Assembly: GCA_964234715.1 (NCBI GenBank)
Contig: OZ174290.1
Origin: Podarcis melisellensis
Taxonomy: Eukaryota
Strand: one strand, 5' to 3'
Length of the DNA: 64,000 nt
In this document: positions 36,881 to 49,769 of the stretch, in pieces
How the letters are laid out: every line of letters starts with the position of its first letter
Position numbering within the stretch: the stretch's first letter is position 1
Made by a program: the position numbers and the translations under genes
The notes under the pieces: model-generated
Database searches by the model: none
The model's input: only the letters and a program-made list of their open reading frames with translations
Told to the model about the DNA's origin: nothing

Positions 36881-36950
36881 ATTTCTGCCTTGAAGCAGAA
36901 TGGACTCTTGCAGTCTCTGTCAGCAACACCCAACGGGTGCAGAGAAGCAG
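36881..36950 (+). CDS. ELMOD3: ELMOD3 exon (ISALKQNGLLQSLSATPNGCREA)
   Basis: ctttcag acceptor, CAG|gtatgg donor, 70 nt; matches recalled human ISELKNHGILQAL. Confidence 0.9.
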
Positions 36951-38597
36951 GTATGGTTCCAGTTAGCTGAATGTTCCGCTGTGAGTTCTGTTTCTTTTCT
37001 GATGAAATGGCACACCGAAGGAGCTATAGTCATCATCCTGTCAGCAACTGGGTCATATACCTTTGATCCCACTGAGAAGATTGTTTTAATTCTTCGGGTG
37101 AGCTTAACCAAACCATCCTTTGCTAATTTAGCTCCTGTGTTAGGAATCTGATGCTCCTAAGCAATATTTTAATCCTGGATGTTATTTTGACTGGAGTGTG
37201 GGCAGGGTTATGGGCATCATTGTATTATTATTATTATTATTATTATTATGGGTATTTTATTGTAAGCTGCCATAAGGCATTGTGGAGAGGTGGAATCCAA
37301 AATTTCAAAGTAAGTAAGTGTTGCCCTTGGGTGAAACCTAGTGAATGTTACTGTTGGAGGCATTATGCCTCTGAATGACAGTTTCCGGGAATTGTTACTG
37401 TGGAGAGGCCTGTAGGAATTTGGTCCTGTTTGTGGAATTCTTATATGCATTTGTTTAGCCACTGTGGGTACAGGATGCTGGACAGCAGGTCTCTTTTTAT
37501 GTTATTATGATATTTAATGAGAAAGTTGTGTACTTACAGCTTTTGATCATAGCAGATAAGTCAAACAACTTGTTTGCTGTGAGTACAAAGCCTTCATGAT
37601 AGTAATGGGGAGCGGTCACCATTGGCTGTGGGTGGGTGTGTTTGCATCCATTGAAATACCCGTGTTTCAGAGTTTGATTCACATAAGATCGAAAACACAG
37701 TCTCTGCAGCTTACAGTCTGAAAGACACAACTACGAAAATGAGGGGTGGAGAGCTGAGGAAGCCACAAATTCAGGCACCAGTTCTTAAAGTTACGAATGA
37801 CTAGCTTGAATGGAAACAGCTGTGGAAAAGTGGCAGCTGAATGGAACTGGTCTTTCAGATCCAATGGCATGGACCCCATTTTCCATCTCTCCCTCTGTTG
37901 CTGCCTGATGGAATGGCTGCTGCTAGGTGACAGTTAAGGAAGAGCCCAGTGGAGCTGGCCTCTTGGTCAAGTCACTGGAGTTGGCCCTTGATTCTCATCT
38001 CTTCCTCTCAGTGGTGTAGCATGGGTTGCTAGAACCCGGGGCAGTGCAAGTGTTGCGCCTCCCTGGTGAACCGGGCAGCAAGGGGGCACATGTGGAGCCC
38101 GCACAGAGGGGGAACGGAGCCTGTCTACAACAGACTCCTCATCCGCTGTCTCTGTTCACCTGACCACTTGCCGCTGTGCCTCAAAAGCCGGGGCTCCATA
38201 CCTGTCATGGAGGAAAGACATTAGCTGCTATCCAGTGCAAGCAGATTGCCTTAGGAACATAAAGTGTCTTATGCAAAGTCTGACCATTGATCCAGCTAGT
38301 TCATTATTGTCCACACTGACTGACAGCAGCTCAGTCAAGGTTTCAGACAGGGGGTCTCTCCCAGCCCTCTCTGCATATGCCAGGGATTAAACCTGGGATC
38401 TTCTGCATGCAGAGAAGATGCTCTGTCACTGAGCTGTGGCCTTTTCCCTGGCTTGTCGCACAAAATAGTCAAAATTTATTGTCAGTCAAGGCAAGGACTT
38501 ATTTTTTCAAAAAAAGGAGCCGCTTTTCACCTTAAAACTGCTCTTTTAGAAGCGGTTCCATGTTTTGTCTCGTCTCTCTCTTTCTCTTTGTTGCTAG

Positions 38598-38663
38598 ATA
38601 TTAGTGAGGAGGTTCTGCGAGCTCGAGAAGAATGGGACAGTGTGGCAAACATCCATTCGGAAG
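38598..38663 (+). CDS. ELMOD3: ELMOD3 exon (DISEEVLRAREEWDSVANIHSE)
   Basis: ttgctag acceptor, AAG|gtatga donor, 66 nt; matches human STEVVRAQEEWEAV. Confidence 0.92.
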
Positions 38664-39335
38664 GTATGAAAGCAATGACATTTCCTTTGCCGTTGGGACC
38701 AGTTAAACATGGCAATAGATGAATTTAGATGACTGTAAGAAAAGCAAGTGCTGGAGGTACTGTCAAAGAGCAGGAAACATGTCTAAGAATAGTATGTGGT
38801 GGGTGTGAAAATGTTGGATGTGATTCAGTCTGGGAATTATCAAGTTCTAAAGTATTAGCTATGTATAAGTTACTAGTGCTTCAAGTATTTTGTTCAGTCA
38901 ATTAAATAAGCTGCTGCTTACTGGTATGTTTAACGCTATGATAATGGGGGAAACTCGGTACTCATGAAAAACCTAGTAGGCAAACTCAGGTGTGATTTTA
39001 ACCACGTTTGTTGAACAAACCAGGATCAGTCTCATAAATGAGCAAAGTAACCATGGTTTGCTTTGTATCATTGTCACATGTCTTGGGGCATGGCATCGAA
39101 ACAAATGGGGATAATGGATTTGAACGTCACAAGAAACCTAACACAGATACTATAGTTAGCTGGGGTGGGTTTGGACATACAAACAAACCACAATTAAGCT
39201 AAACAAACCATGGATTTAGTGTTCTATACAAACCATGCCTGCATGTGCACTATGCAATCATTCTTCCACCATGGCATTTCTGAATGTGTGTGTTTGTGTG
39301 TGTGTACACATACACTTACTATATGCTTCATATTC

Positions 39336-39337
<2 letters not shown>

Positions 39338-39377
<40 letters not shown>
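39338..39377. repeat. (TA)n microsatellite
   Basis: Direct reading. Confidence 0.95.
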
Positions 39378-39385
<8 letters not shown>

Positions 39386-39673
39386 TTAATGTGGAGGGCA
39401 GGGAGAACTGCATCAGGATTAATGTTGCTTCAACCCTCTCAAATCTACCTTCAAAACTTCTGGATGGCAACAAATTTAAATGGACCAATAGCATTGTTCT
39501 TTATCAATATTTAGGTATAGATTTTTTTTATTAAAAAAATAAGATGTACAGTTATTAAAGGCAGACAGAGTCAGACCCTGCGACCATGGAATATGTGAAG
39601 AGTGAATTATCCAGAGTTCATAAATTGAAATGGGCCAATGTTAAAGGTGATAATAAGGGGTCTTGAGAGAGTA

Positions 39674-39884
39674 AAAGTAAAGGGACCCCTGGGGTTGCGG
39701 CGCTCATCTCTCTTTATTGGCTGAGGGAGCCGGCGTACAGCTTCCGGGTCATGTGGCCAGCATGACTAAGACGCTTCTGGCGAACCAGAGCAGTGCACGG
39801 AAACGCCGTTTACCTTCCCACTGGAGTGGTACCTATTTATCTACTTGCACTTTGACGTGCTTTTGAACTGTTAGGTTGGCAGGA
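39674..39884 (-). mobile_element. 5'-truncated Sauria SINE
   Basis: 12-bp TSD cttgagagagta. Confidence 0.85.
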
Positions 39885-41954
39885 CTTGAGAGAGTACATA
39901 AGACTATTTAACAGGAAAGCTTAAAATATAATGAACATACTTGATAATAGCTATTTTAAAAAAGGTAAACTTCCTGGTCCATGTTGAAAAGTGTGCTGGG
40001 TTAGCTGAAATTGTGGCAGACTTTTTTTTTGTTATTAAGACCAGAATTTCAGAATGGGATTCTAACCGAACCTGTGGTATGTAAACTGAAGCTCTGCTTT
40101 TTATGAAGAAAGGACTGCAGGATTAAAGTGGCTTCATTCTTTAATTGATTGTAGAATTAAAGGTTAAGATTACAGATTGCAGCCTTAATGAGATTGCGGT
40201 GAGGCTTCCTGCATAAAATCCTATCGTTTCCATAAAAGAGCAGGATCTGAAATCTGCCTCTGGCCATATTATAGGCACCATTTCAGGCTGACACTTCTCG
40301 GTGGGGGAAAACCAATTGTAGGTAACATAATTTACTTAACAAACACAACCAAGTACATGTTTGAGTCAATCTAGTCCTCTTGCTTAAACATTTATTGTGC
40401 TTTCCCCAGCTCTGATACCAGGCATGCTTGTTAAGAACGTAAGAACCTTGCTGCATCAGGCTACAGATCTAGGTAGTCCAGTTCCCACATCCCAAATTCC
40501 TCTGGGAAGCTCACAAGCAATGCAGGAAGACAGTATCCCCCTCCTGCTGTTGTTTTCCGGCAACTTCTCTGCAGAGAGGCACACTGCCTCTGATCCTGGA
40601 GGCAGCTTTTCACCTCCTGGCCCTTGATAGACTTATCCATGCATTTGTCTAATCCTCTTTCAAAGCCATCTTAAGTTGATGGCTGTCACCACCAACTTTG
40701 TAGCGGCAAACTCCACTGTTAGCTGTGTGAAGAAGCACTTCCTTTTTATCTGTCCTTAATCTTCTACTTTTCGGCTTCCTTGGAGGACTCCAGGTTCAAA
40801 TGTTATTAGGAAGGGAGAGAACTTCTCTCTCCATGCCCTGCAGAATTGCAATAACCATAAGTGGGTTCACCCTCATATGCCAACTGGAAAAAAGTCCAAT
40901 AGGGCTTAACTTTTAAGTAAATGGGCACGTAATTGGACTCTTAGATAAGTCAACTAAGTAGAGGTGAAAGAAAGCTCCTAGTGGTGATTTATTTAAGCAA
41001 TGCTGCATGAATGCACTTTGGAGTTTTACCTTCTTAAAGGTCTTTTTTTCCTATTCCCCCCTTTTTGATAGAGGTGTACTTGATAGATGACCCACTATTG
41101 AAACCTTCGCTTAATTTACCTTCACTTACTATCTGTGAGAAGAGCAGGAAAGGTATTTTGAAGAGGGATCACAGAGTGGTTTACAGTATAAAAACACAAA
41201 AATGCATACCCAATACCCTGTAGGTTCAGCCTGGTTGACGTGTAAGATCCTGACTCCTATTGTCAGTCAAAGAGGACATTTATGAAGGCATTGCAAGGCC
41301 AGTGCAATACAACCCCAACCGCAAGTACTTGAGGGGTAGCACACCAAATATGACAAAAACACAAGCATTTATACATTTGCAAGAAACATACATGTATGGT
41401 GACACTTCCTTCTGCTAGCTTCTACTGGTTTAATCACAAGGCACAACATCTTCCTTATATTTCCCACCTTCCTTTGTTCTTAACAGTTAAGGCAATAGCG
41501 CTTGCATGTTGTTCTGTGTACCTAGGCTCCCTTGCACCCTCAGCAAGGAGATGTATCAGTGCTTCCAAAGCTGGGAGAGACCATGGCCAGAAACTCAAAA
41601 GGTTTGCTTTTTGTCGCCTTTCGCGCTCCGTCAGTGACTTCCTCTGCATCCATTGGGGTTGGGTCTGCTCTGCTCTGTCAGTGCACCTGCCTGCCTCCCT
41701 TCCCTTTTCCTCCTCCTGCAGCTCTTGCCCACTGTCTCCTCTCTCTTCCCTCTGAGCTCTGATGGGCGCTCCACTCGCACTTTTAATAGCGCCACTGGCT
41801 GATTGGAGAGGGGGGTCCTGCAAGGGCTGCTGTGATGGCTCACACCAGCAACTGGATTCCTCTGCTGAGGCAGCCAGAAAGAGCCTGTGCACCTCGTCTG
41901 GCCTCGCAGAGCAGCAGAGGAATGACCTGGGGAGTTCATGTGGACTGGCAGGCA

Positions 41955-42453
41955 GACCTTTAAAGCTCTATGTGGCCTAGGACCCACGTACCTACGGGAC
42001 CGCCTCTCCTGGTATGCCCTACAGAGGACCTTAAGGTCCACGAATGACAACATTTTGGAGGTCCCAAGTCGCAAAGTGGTTAGGTTGGTCTCAACTAGGG
42101 CCAGGGCCTTTTCAGTACCGGCCCCAACTTGGTGGAACGCTCTGTCCCAAGAGACTAGGGCCCTGTGGGACGTGACATCTTGTCGCAGGGCCTGCAAGAC
42201 AGAGCTGTTCCGCCTGGCCTTTGGGTTGGACTCAGTCTGATCCTTATGTTTCCCTCCCCATATGGTTTTCACTTTTAAAACGAGGCTGCATTTTAAGTTG
42301 CATTTTAACCTATATTTTAAATAGTTTTTTTTCTTTTTCTTTTTTTCTTATTATGTTTTTACTGAAATTTTATTGGTGTTAGCTGCCCTGAGCCCGGCTC
42401 TGGCCGGGGAGGGCGGGGTATACATAAAATTTATTATTATTATTATTATTATT
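41955..42453 (+). mobile_element. L2-type LINE 3' end
   Basis: TFKALCGLGPTYLRDRLS...RAFSVPAPTWWNAL peptide, (ATT)n tail. Confidence 0.85.
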
Positions 42454-43459
42454 AGCCATGTTGAGCCAAACTGGAATGGAGCAATTTTTGTGCCTTCACC
42501 CTTGGCAGAGGCCAACCTAACTAACCCCTAGGTACGCCCCTGCTCTCATGGTTCTCTTGCAAACTCAGCCCTTCTCAAACACATTTCAATTTCCAGTTTT
42601 ATTATTTCTATAACAATAACATAATAACAAGCAAAACAAGAACCCTGCTCCTGATTGTTTAATCAGCCAGAGGACTGAGAGATGAGGACTATTTTCTCCT
42701 GGCTCCTAAATATCTGTAATGAAGGCACCAGGTGAACCTCCCAGGGGAACTTAGCTCTCTCTCACACACCCTGGCATTAAAATTGTATTGCTTGCCTTTT
42801 AAAGAAGAAACATTAAAGTTGCCCGAGACCAAAGTCTTGTTGCTTGCGTCGCTCTCAAAAGTTCTTGCTGCGGAAGTTAGAACTCAGTGGTCTTTTGCAA
42901 AGGAGAACACACAGGCTCAGCCGAAAGCTTCCTCTTGCTGAAAACGGTAAGAGAGTGATCTAAACAACAAGGACTCCTGCTGAACGATGCTTTAGGTTGT
43001 CTCTTCTCTGCTTCCACTTTCTCTATGGTTTCAGCTCAAAGGGTGAGCATGGAGGGTGTGCGCTCCTAGTTTCCCTGTCTCTGAACACAAAACGGTGCTG
43101 CGTTTGTTTCCATGCTCACTTATGTAATGCTGAGCAAGTTGCACACTGTAATCTACATAAGTGTATTAAGCAGCTTGAACCGGAAATCATAGTCATTTAT
43201 CGTTATGTTAAGATTTGTAAAGTTATTTATTTCTTTTTCCTTTGTGAAAAATGAAAGATTTTTTTAAAAAGTTTTTTTTAAAAGGCCACACAAAGGTGGC
43301 CTGCAAACAAAGAGTAATGTGACCAGCCTACAAGCCTGTGCAGCCCAGATAAGCCTGCTGTGCTAATTCGTCCTGAATTACTCTGAGCATATCTATCAGT
43401 TTTGAGGCTTCTGAAAGGTCAAGTGAATGACATCAACTGCATGTTTGTGTCAAGATACG

Positions 43460-43849
43460 NNNNNNNNNNNNNNNNNNNNNNNNNNNNNNNNNNNNNNNNN
43501 NNNNNNNNNNNNNNNNNNNNNNNNNNNNNNNNNNNNNNNNNNNNNNNNNNNNNNNNNNNNNNNNNNNNNNNNNNNNNNNNNNNNNNNNNNNNNNNNNNNN
43601 NNNNNNNNNNNNNNNNNNNNNNNNNNNNNNNNNNNNNNNNNNNNNNNNNNNNNNNNNNNNNNNNNNNNNNNNNNNNNNNNNNNNNNNNNNNNNNNNNNNN
43701 NNNNNNNNNNNNNNNNNNNNNNNNNNNNNNNNNNNNNNNNNNNNNNNNNNNNNNNNNNNNNNNNNNNNNNNNNNNNNNNNNNNNNNNNNNNNNNNNNNNN
43801 NNNNNNNNNNNNNNNNNNNNNNNNNNNNNNNNNNNNNNNNNNNNNNNNN
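43460..43849. other. Assembly gap
   Basis: N run. Confidence 1.
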
Positions 43850-44599
43850 ATCCACATACACACATAACAGTATTTATATTTATATATTACATTATATATT
43901 ACCATGTTTATATATAAAACCTGCCTGTAAGATATATATTTATACATAAAACCTGCTTGTTGAAGCAAACGTCGAGATAAACCAAAGCTTGCAGTTTGCA
44001 TTGTGCTGAATTCTAGGCAGTAGAGTTGATTATCTTCAGGGCATTAGCAAATGATTAAATCTGAAATAAGATCATAGATTTGATATGATGGAATATGACC
44101 AAAGAACCTTGATGATTGTTTGTGGATTCTTCCACTGTTTCAGAAAGAATCATTATTTTGTAGAGCTGTGCTTCACTCCTATCATTCATATCCCTCGCTA
44201 GGGCTAAACTAGGCACAATTTTAGCTGTGTGAATGCAATTAAAGTGCACAGTTTCTGTTACATGAATAGTATTCCTGGGAAGCTTGAGCATCCTTGGAAC
44301 TATGAAGGTGGGGTTGGGAGATTGTAACTCTTTCCTTCCCTGCCACAGTCCTACAAAATCTGCCTCTCCCATTGTCAATGGAAGCTTCCCTTGAAATGTA
44401 AATAGCAGCTTCGCTTGGACTATGTCAGGGAGAGAGTTAAACTTCCCCCACTACAGTTCCAAGGCTGCTGAAGCTTTCCCACAGCTATTAACATAACAAA
44501 AACAACACAGTTAATTGCATTCATGCAATTAACATTACCCTGCCCCATAGTTCAGCTTTCAAAGGTTTGAGACTAAAGTCCAAACACATTTTCCTTATT

Positions 44600-45000
44600 T
44601 GTAACTGATCCAACCCCCTGATTGCTTTCATTGCCTCATTTTCTATCTTTTCCCAATTGACAGTATCCTTTCTGAAATGAGACAACCAGACCTGCACATG
44701 CCATTTCAAATGGGGTTGCCCCGTTGATTTATATAGGGGCATTATGATTCTAGCAGTTGTATTTTTCATCCCTTTCCTAACGATTCCCAGTTATGAGCTT
44801 GCACTACTACAGTACGAGCTGACATTTTGATTAAGTTATCTGCTTACAAGCATAAGACCTTTTCAGACAAATCAGACCCCATCAGCATATGTGTGAATGT
44901 TAGATTTTATTTTTCTCACTGTGTGCATCGCTTTACACTTACATATGTTGAATCTCATCTGCCAATCCGTTGCGTCTTCACTCAACTTGAAGAGATCCTT
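44600..45000 (-). mobile_element. Old CR1-type LINE fragment
   Basis: IIMPLYKS...PHL...VQVW..HFRKD...EKI...AMK.IRGL resembles degraded CR1 ORF2. Confidence 0.65.
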
Positions 45001-45230
45001 GGCTATAACTAGGTGTTATTGGCAGACTTGGCAATGCTATTGTTTCTCCCTGGTTCCAGATCATGTATGCATGAGTAAATAAATATAACACAAATTCCAG
45101 TACAATACTTCTTAAAAATAGGTGGCTGTTGTTTTTTAAAATGTTGTTTTAATATTGTAAGGCTCCACTGGGAGGAACAGTGGGATGAACATGAATTAAA
45201 CAAATGCTCTTCTCTTCTTTGTGGCTGTAG

Positions 45231-45322
45231 GAATTGTGGAGAGGCCTCTAGGGCCAATACCCTTAATCTCTTTCAATGAAGCATTGCAATACTTCCAAAC
45301 AGCAGATCTCTCAGACTGCAGG
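45231..45322 (+). CDS. ELMOD3: ELMOD3 exon (GIVERPLGPIPLISFNEALQYFQTADLSDCR)
   Basis: ctgtag acceptor, AGG|gtatgt donor, 92 nt; matches human LISFSEALQHFQTVDLS. Confidence 0.93.
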
Positions 45323-45556
45323 GTATGTATGTGCCAACTAGGATTGATTTGACAGCCATCCTGCTTAAATATTTTAGGCATTGAAAATGCTGCATTGATG
45401 GTTCCTGTTTGGCTCTTAAAGCACTTCCGAGGTACTTTATTCCTATTTCATTTTGTCAGGGAGAGATAGAGTTACCAGAGCCCAGGAGCTTAAATCTCCA
45501 TGATTTAGCTAGTTCCCCTCCTTTCCACCACCCCGTCTCCTTTTTCCTAACAGAGA

Positions 45557-46572
45557 CAAGTGAAACTCGGAAAATTAGAATATCGTGGAAAAGTTCATTT
45601 ATTTATTAATATTAAATGAAATCAGCAAAGTGCTCCAAAATCTCCTGGTAGATGGCAGCGTTGACCCTAGACTTAATGAAGCACAGTGGACCAACACCAG
45701 CTGATGACATGGCTCCCCAAATCTCTTTTCTGATGAAAGCAGCTTTTGCATATCATTTGGAAACCAAGGACCCATAGTCTGGAGGAAGAATGGGGAGGCA
45801 CACAATGCCAGCTGCTTGAAGTCCAGTGTGACATTTCCACAGTCTGTGTTGATTTGGGGAGCCGTGTCATCAGCTGGTGTTGGTCCACTGTGCTTCATTG
45901 AGTCCAGGGTCAACGCAGCTGTCTACCAGGAGATTTTGGAGCACTTCATGCTTCCTTCCACAGACGAGCTTTATGGGGATGCTGATTTCATTTTCCAGCA
46001 GGACTTTGGCACCTGCCCACACTTCCAAAAGTACCAAAACCTGGTTCAATGCCCATGGGATTACTGTGCTTGATTGGCTAGCAAACTCGCCTGACCTGAA
46101 CCCCATAGAGAATCTATGGGGCATTGCCAAGAGACAGATGAGAGACATGAGACCGAGCAAGGCAGAAGAGCTGAAGGCTGCTATTGAAGCTTCCTGGTTT
46201 TCCATAACACCTCAGCAGTGCCACAGGCTGATAACATCCATGCCACGCCGCATTGAGGCAGTAATTGATGCAACAGGGGCCCAAACCAAGCACTGAGTAC
46301 ATATGCATGCTTCTACTTCTCAGAGATCCAATACTGGTCTATTTACAATCCTTGTTTTGCTGATTTCATTTAATATTCTATTTTTCTGAGATTGTTAATT
46401 TGGGGTTTCATCAGCTGTATGCCATGATCACCACAATTATAACAAATAAAGGCTTGACATATCTCGCTTTGCATGTCATGAGTCTATCTCATATATTAGT
46501 TTCACCTTTTCAGATGAATTACTGAAATAAACGAACTTTTCCACGATATTCTAATTTTCCGAGTTTCACCTG
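45557..46572 (+). mobile_element. Internally deleted and rearranged Tc1 (DD34E) transposon
   Basis: ~40-bp TIRs (ca(a/g)gtgaaactcggaaaattagaatatcgtggaaaagttc), TA at right end; FSDES, FQQD and SPDLNPIENLW catalytic motifs, frameshifted. Confidence 0.92.
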
Positions 46573-46829
46573 TATATAGGGCTGTAACGTGCTGGGTTCT
46601 AGGCTATAGGTTTCTGTAACAGGAGAGTTTAGATGTTTTCAAGTTATTTGTGCTTCAGAATCCCTGCCTATTGACATAAAGCAGGTCCTCTAATATAGCT
46701 ATATAGATATAGAATTATTGCCTATAAGTAAATTAACAGTTATTATTTCCATTAACCTCAACTGAACGAAGCACGCTTAAGAGCCAAGTTAAATGGTTGA
46801 AGGATTGTATTGTTAGGTGTCTGCATCTA

Positions 46830-47024
46830 ACCAGGCAGAGGGCCTTCTCGGTAGTGGCACTCGCCCTCTGGAATGCCCTCCCATCAGATGGCAGACAGAT
46901 AAACAACTATTTGACTTTTAGAAGGCATCTGAAGGCAGCCCTGTTCAGGAAGGTTTTTAATGGTTGATGTCTTATTGGCTTTTAATATTTTGTTGTGAGC
47001 CATTCTTGAGTCAGATGGGTGGCC

Positions 47025-47074
<50 letters not shown>
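46830..47074 (+). mobile_element. L2-type 3' tail with (ATT)n
   Basis: Homologous to the 21856 and 30375 elements. Confidence 0.75.
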
Positions 47075-47075
<1 letters not shown>

Positions 47076-47768
47076 CTGATATAGGGCACTGTAGTAAAAT
47101 TTACTTTCTCTAAGGGATTTAAAGCACCCACAAGGCACAAAACAAAACCATACAAACAAGTATTATTATTATTTTTAAAAATGCACCTATCTGATTCAAA
47201 ACCACCCAGAAACATCACAAAAGATAAAACAGCAAAATGAGCAACAAGATAAAAATATCTAATGGTAGTAAAAAGATCTTAGGTATCACCAAATGGTCCA
47301 TGAAAATAGAATTTGTCTGATGCCTAAAAGATGGCAGTGAGGAAAGCCTAGGCAGGTATGCTTAAGGAAGGAGTTCCAGATTTTGGTTGTCACCACAGAA
47401 AAAAAATCCTCTCTTTGGCAGGGAAACAGGAAGAAGGTCTACTAAGGGTAATGTCAATCCACAGCCAGGTTCAAAGTGGTCCTTTTTGTTACCTAGCTCA
47501 GAGTATGAGGGAGATCAGGCCAGGATTTTGCCTAGGAGAAAACTATGACATGAAATGTCGGTTGCACATAATGCATAGATTGCCTGCCAGGAGAACGCTC
47601 CTTGCCAAACTGAGTTTGGAAAAACAGCAACCCTGGAAGTCAATGAAGATCTATGATATGGTCAGTTGCAGCAGTGGTCTGTTTCCCTTTTCTCAGCAGT
47701 GTTGTTAGGGAGGACTTTGCCTATGTACCATCACACTTTTAAATTCTTTCTAACTTTCCTGGTTTCAG

Positions 47769-47892
47769 AAAAAGATTCAGCCAACAGTGCGAAGGAGAGG
47801 ACTGGCCGCCGTTGCCCATTTCCTTTTCGGCCCTCCCCGTCTCCACCAGCAGCTGCAAAGTGAGAGGGACTTAGCCTTGGCGATAGCCCAGT
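47769..47892 (+). CDS. ELMOD3: ELMOD3 exon ([41 protein letters not shown])
   Basis: tttcag acceptor, AGT|gtaagt donor, 124 nt. Confidence 0.95.
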
Positions 47893-48238
47893 GTAAGTTT
47901 TGCTTCCTGTGGCTGCGGATAGCATCTTCCCAGTAGCCGGTTTTCTGACTGTCCGCCTACTTAATATTGCCATGTCTTAAATATCTGGAAAGGGCTGCAG
48001 CTCTTGGGAAGAGCATCTGCAGAAGAAGGCCATGGGTTCAATCCTTGGCATCTCTGTGAAAGATTCCTGTGGAAAACTCTGGACAGCCACTACCAAGTTA
48101 GTGTAGACAGTACTGAGCCCTATAGAATGATGGTCTGACCTTTGTATAAAGCTTTTTTATCCAGTCCTGTGAAGTTGGGCTGGGGAATCTCTTGCCCTCC
48201 AGGTGGACTCCCAGCTCCCATCATCCCTGACCATAGAC

Positions 48239-48374
48239 CAGGCATAGGCAAACTCAGCCCTCCAGATGTTTTGGGACTACAACTCCCATCATCCCTAGCT
48301 AACAGGACCAGTGATCAGGGATGGTGGGAGTTGTAGTCTCAAAACATCTGGAGGGCCGGGTTTGCCTATGCCTG
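48239..48374. mobile_element. Palindromic hAT-type MITE nested in an older related element (~48178-48451)
   Basis: Same family as 2791; 8-bp TSD c(c/t)atagac. Confidence 0.85.
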
Positions 48375-48802
48375 CTATAGACCATGCTGGCTGGGGTTGA
48401 TGGAAGCTGGAATTTAGCAACACCTGAGAGATTGCAGGTTCCGCGTCCCTGATATAAAGTCACAGCAGACTGCTTCTATATGGCCTTTGTTTTCTCTAGC
48501 CCAGTATTCCCTGCTTTTATTGGCAATAGCTCTCCCAATGGTTTGGGCAGAGGTCTCTCTCCCTGCTGCCTGAGATACTTTCGTGACCCTGCAGTCCCAA
48601 CTCCCCATCTCTGGGAGAGGAGGTGGTGTCTGGGTGGGAGAGGCAATTGTCACCAGAAATGGCTCTGGGTGTCCCCACTGGCCTAGAAGTTGCAGCCCAA
48701 GAGGAGTACCTTTGGCCAGCGCCTCTTCAGCCTGTGGAGGTTGTGTTGCTGTATTCCAACAGCCAGTTCTATTTAAATCTAGGTTGACCTGCTGCTGAAG
48801 TA

Positions 48803-49273
48803 CAGTGGTACCTTGGTTCTCAAAATGAATCTGGTCCAAAAGTCCGTTCCAAAACTAAAGCATCCCAAAACCAAGACACGCTTTCCCATAGAAAGTAATG
48901 CAAAATGGATTAATCCGTTCCAGACTTTTAAAAACGACCACTAAAGCAGCCATTTGACATGAATTTTACTATGTAATGAGATCATTGATCCATAAAATGA
49001 AAGCAACAAACAATGTACTGCAGACACACAATCAATCCATCAGTAGCTGAACTGGGCTCCACACAGTCAGAAAAAACAAAAAAAAAAGAGAACCGCCAAA
49101 ACAAAAACTCAAAATAAGTAGCAAAAACAGATACACCTCAGCATAACACTCAAAACGGAAGTGTGGCACTCAAAGCTGAGCATGTTCAGCTTCCAAAAAA
49201 AGTTCGCAAACCAGAGCACTTCCAGGTTTGCAGTGTTTGGGTTCCAAGTTGTTTGAGTACCAAGGTACCACTG
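48803..49273. mobile_element. Tc1/mariner-type MITE
   Basis: TA-cagtggtaccttggt ... accaaggtaccactg-TA. Confidence 0.88.
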
Positions 49274-49646
49274 TAATGTGATTGGAGCCTGCTGATCTGT
49301 CTCTTCTGCCTGAACATCACATGGATGCAGGCAGGGTGCTGCCTGCTTGGCCTTGACCTTCCTGCGTTGCAGTGGGTGGGACTGCATGACCCTTGTCCCT
49401 TCCAGTTGATTTTGCCTTTTCAGAACCTGAACCTTGCCTTGTTTCGGATGGTCTTGCTGGAGCCTGACCTTGGTCTTAGTTGATTTTGCCTTGCTTCCTT
49501 TCCTCTTTGCACTCTTCCTCACTCAAGGCCACTGCTTGGCAGAGAACACATCTTTATGCAAAGATGCCAAGGATTAAACTTGGGCTTTATGTATCTAAAG
49601 TAGAGACTCATTTAAGCAGAGAAAATAAGTTTATTTCCCTCAACAG

Positions 49647-49769
49647 GTGGCTTGGATAACAATGAAAAAGTGCACATGAGGATCCTGCAAACGATTTACA
49701 AGAAACTAACGGGGTCCCGTTTTGATTGTGCCCGTTATGGAGCCCATTGGGAAGACCTGGGATTTCAAG
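49647..49769 (+). CDS. ELMOD3: ELMOD3 exon, ELMO domain ([41 protein letters not shown])
   Basis: caacag acceptor, AAG|gtatgg donor, 123 nt; WxxxGFQ motif. Confidence 0.96.

Noticed and set aside
41396-42272. ORFs of 119-213 aa in an ELMOD3 intron
   Set aside because: Antisense to or overlapping an L2 fragment and GC-rich repeat-like sequence; no domain or splice support
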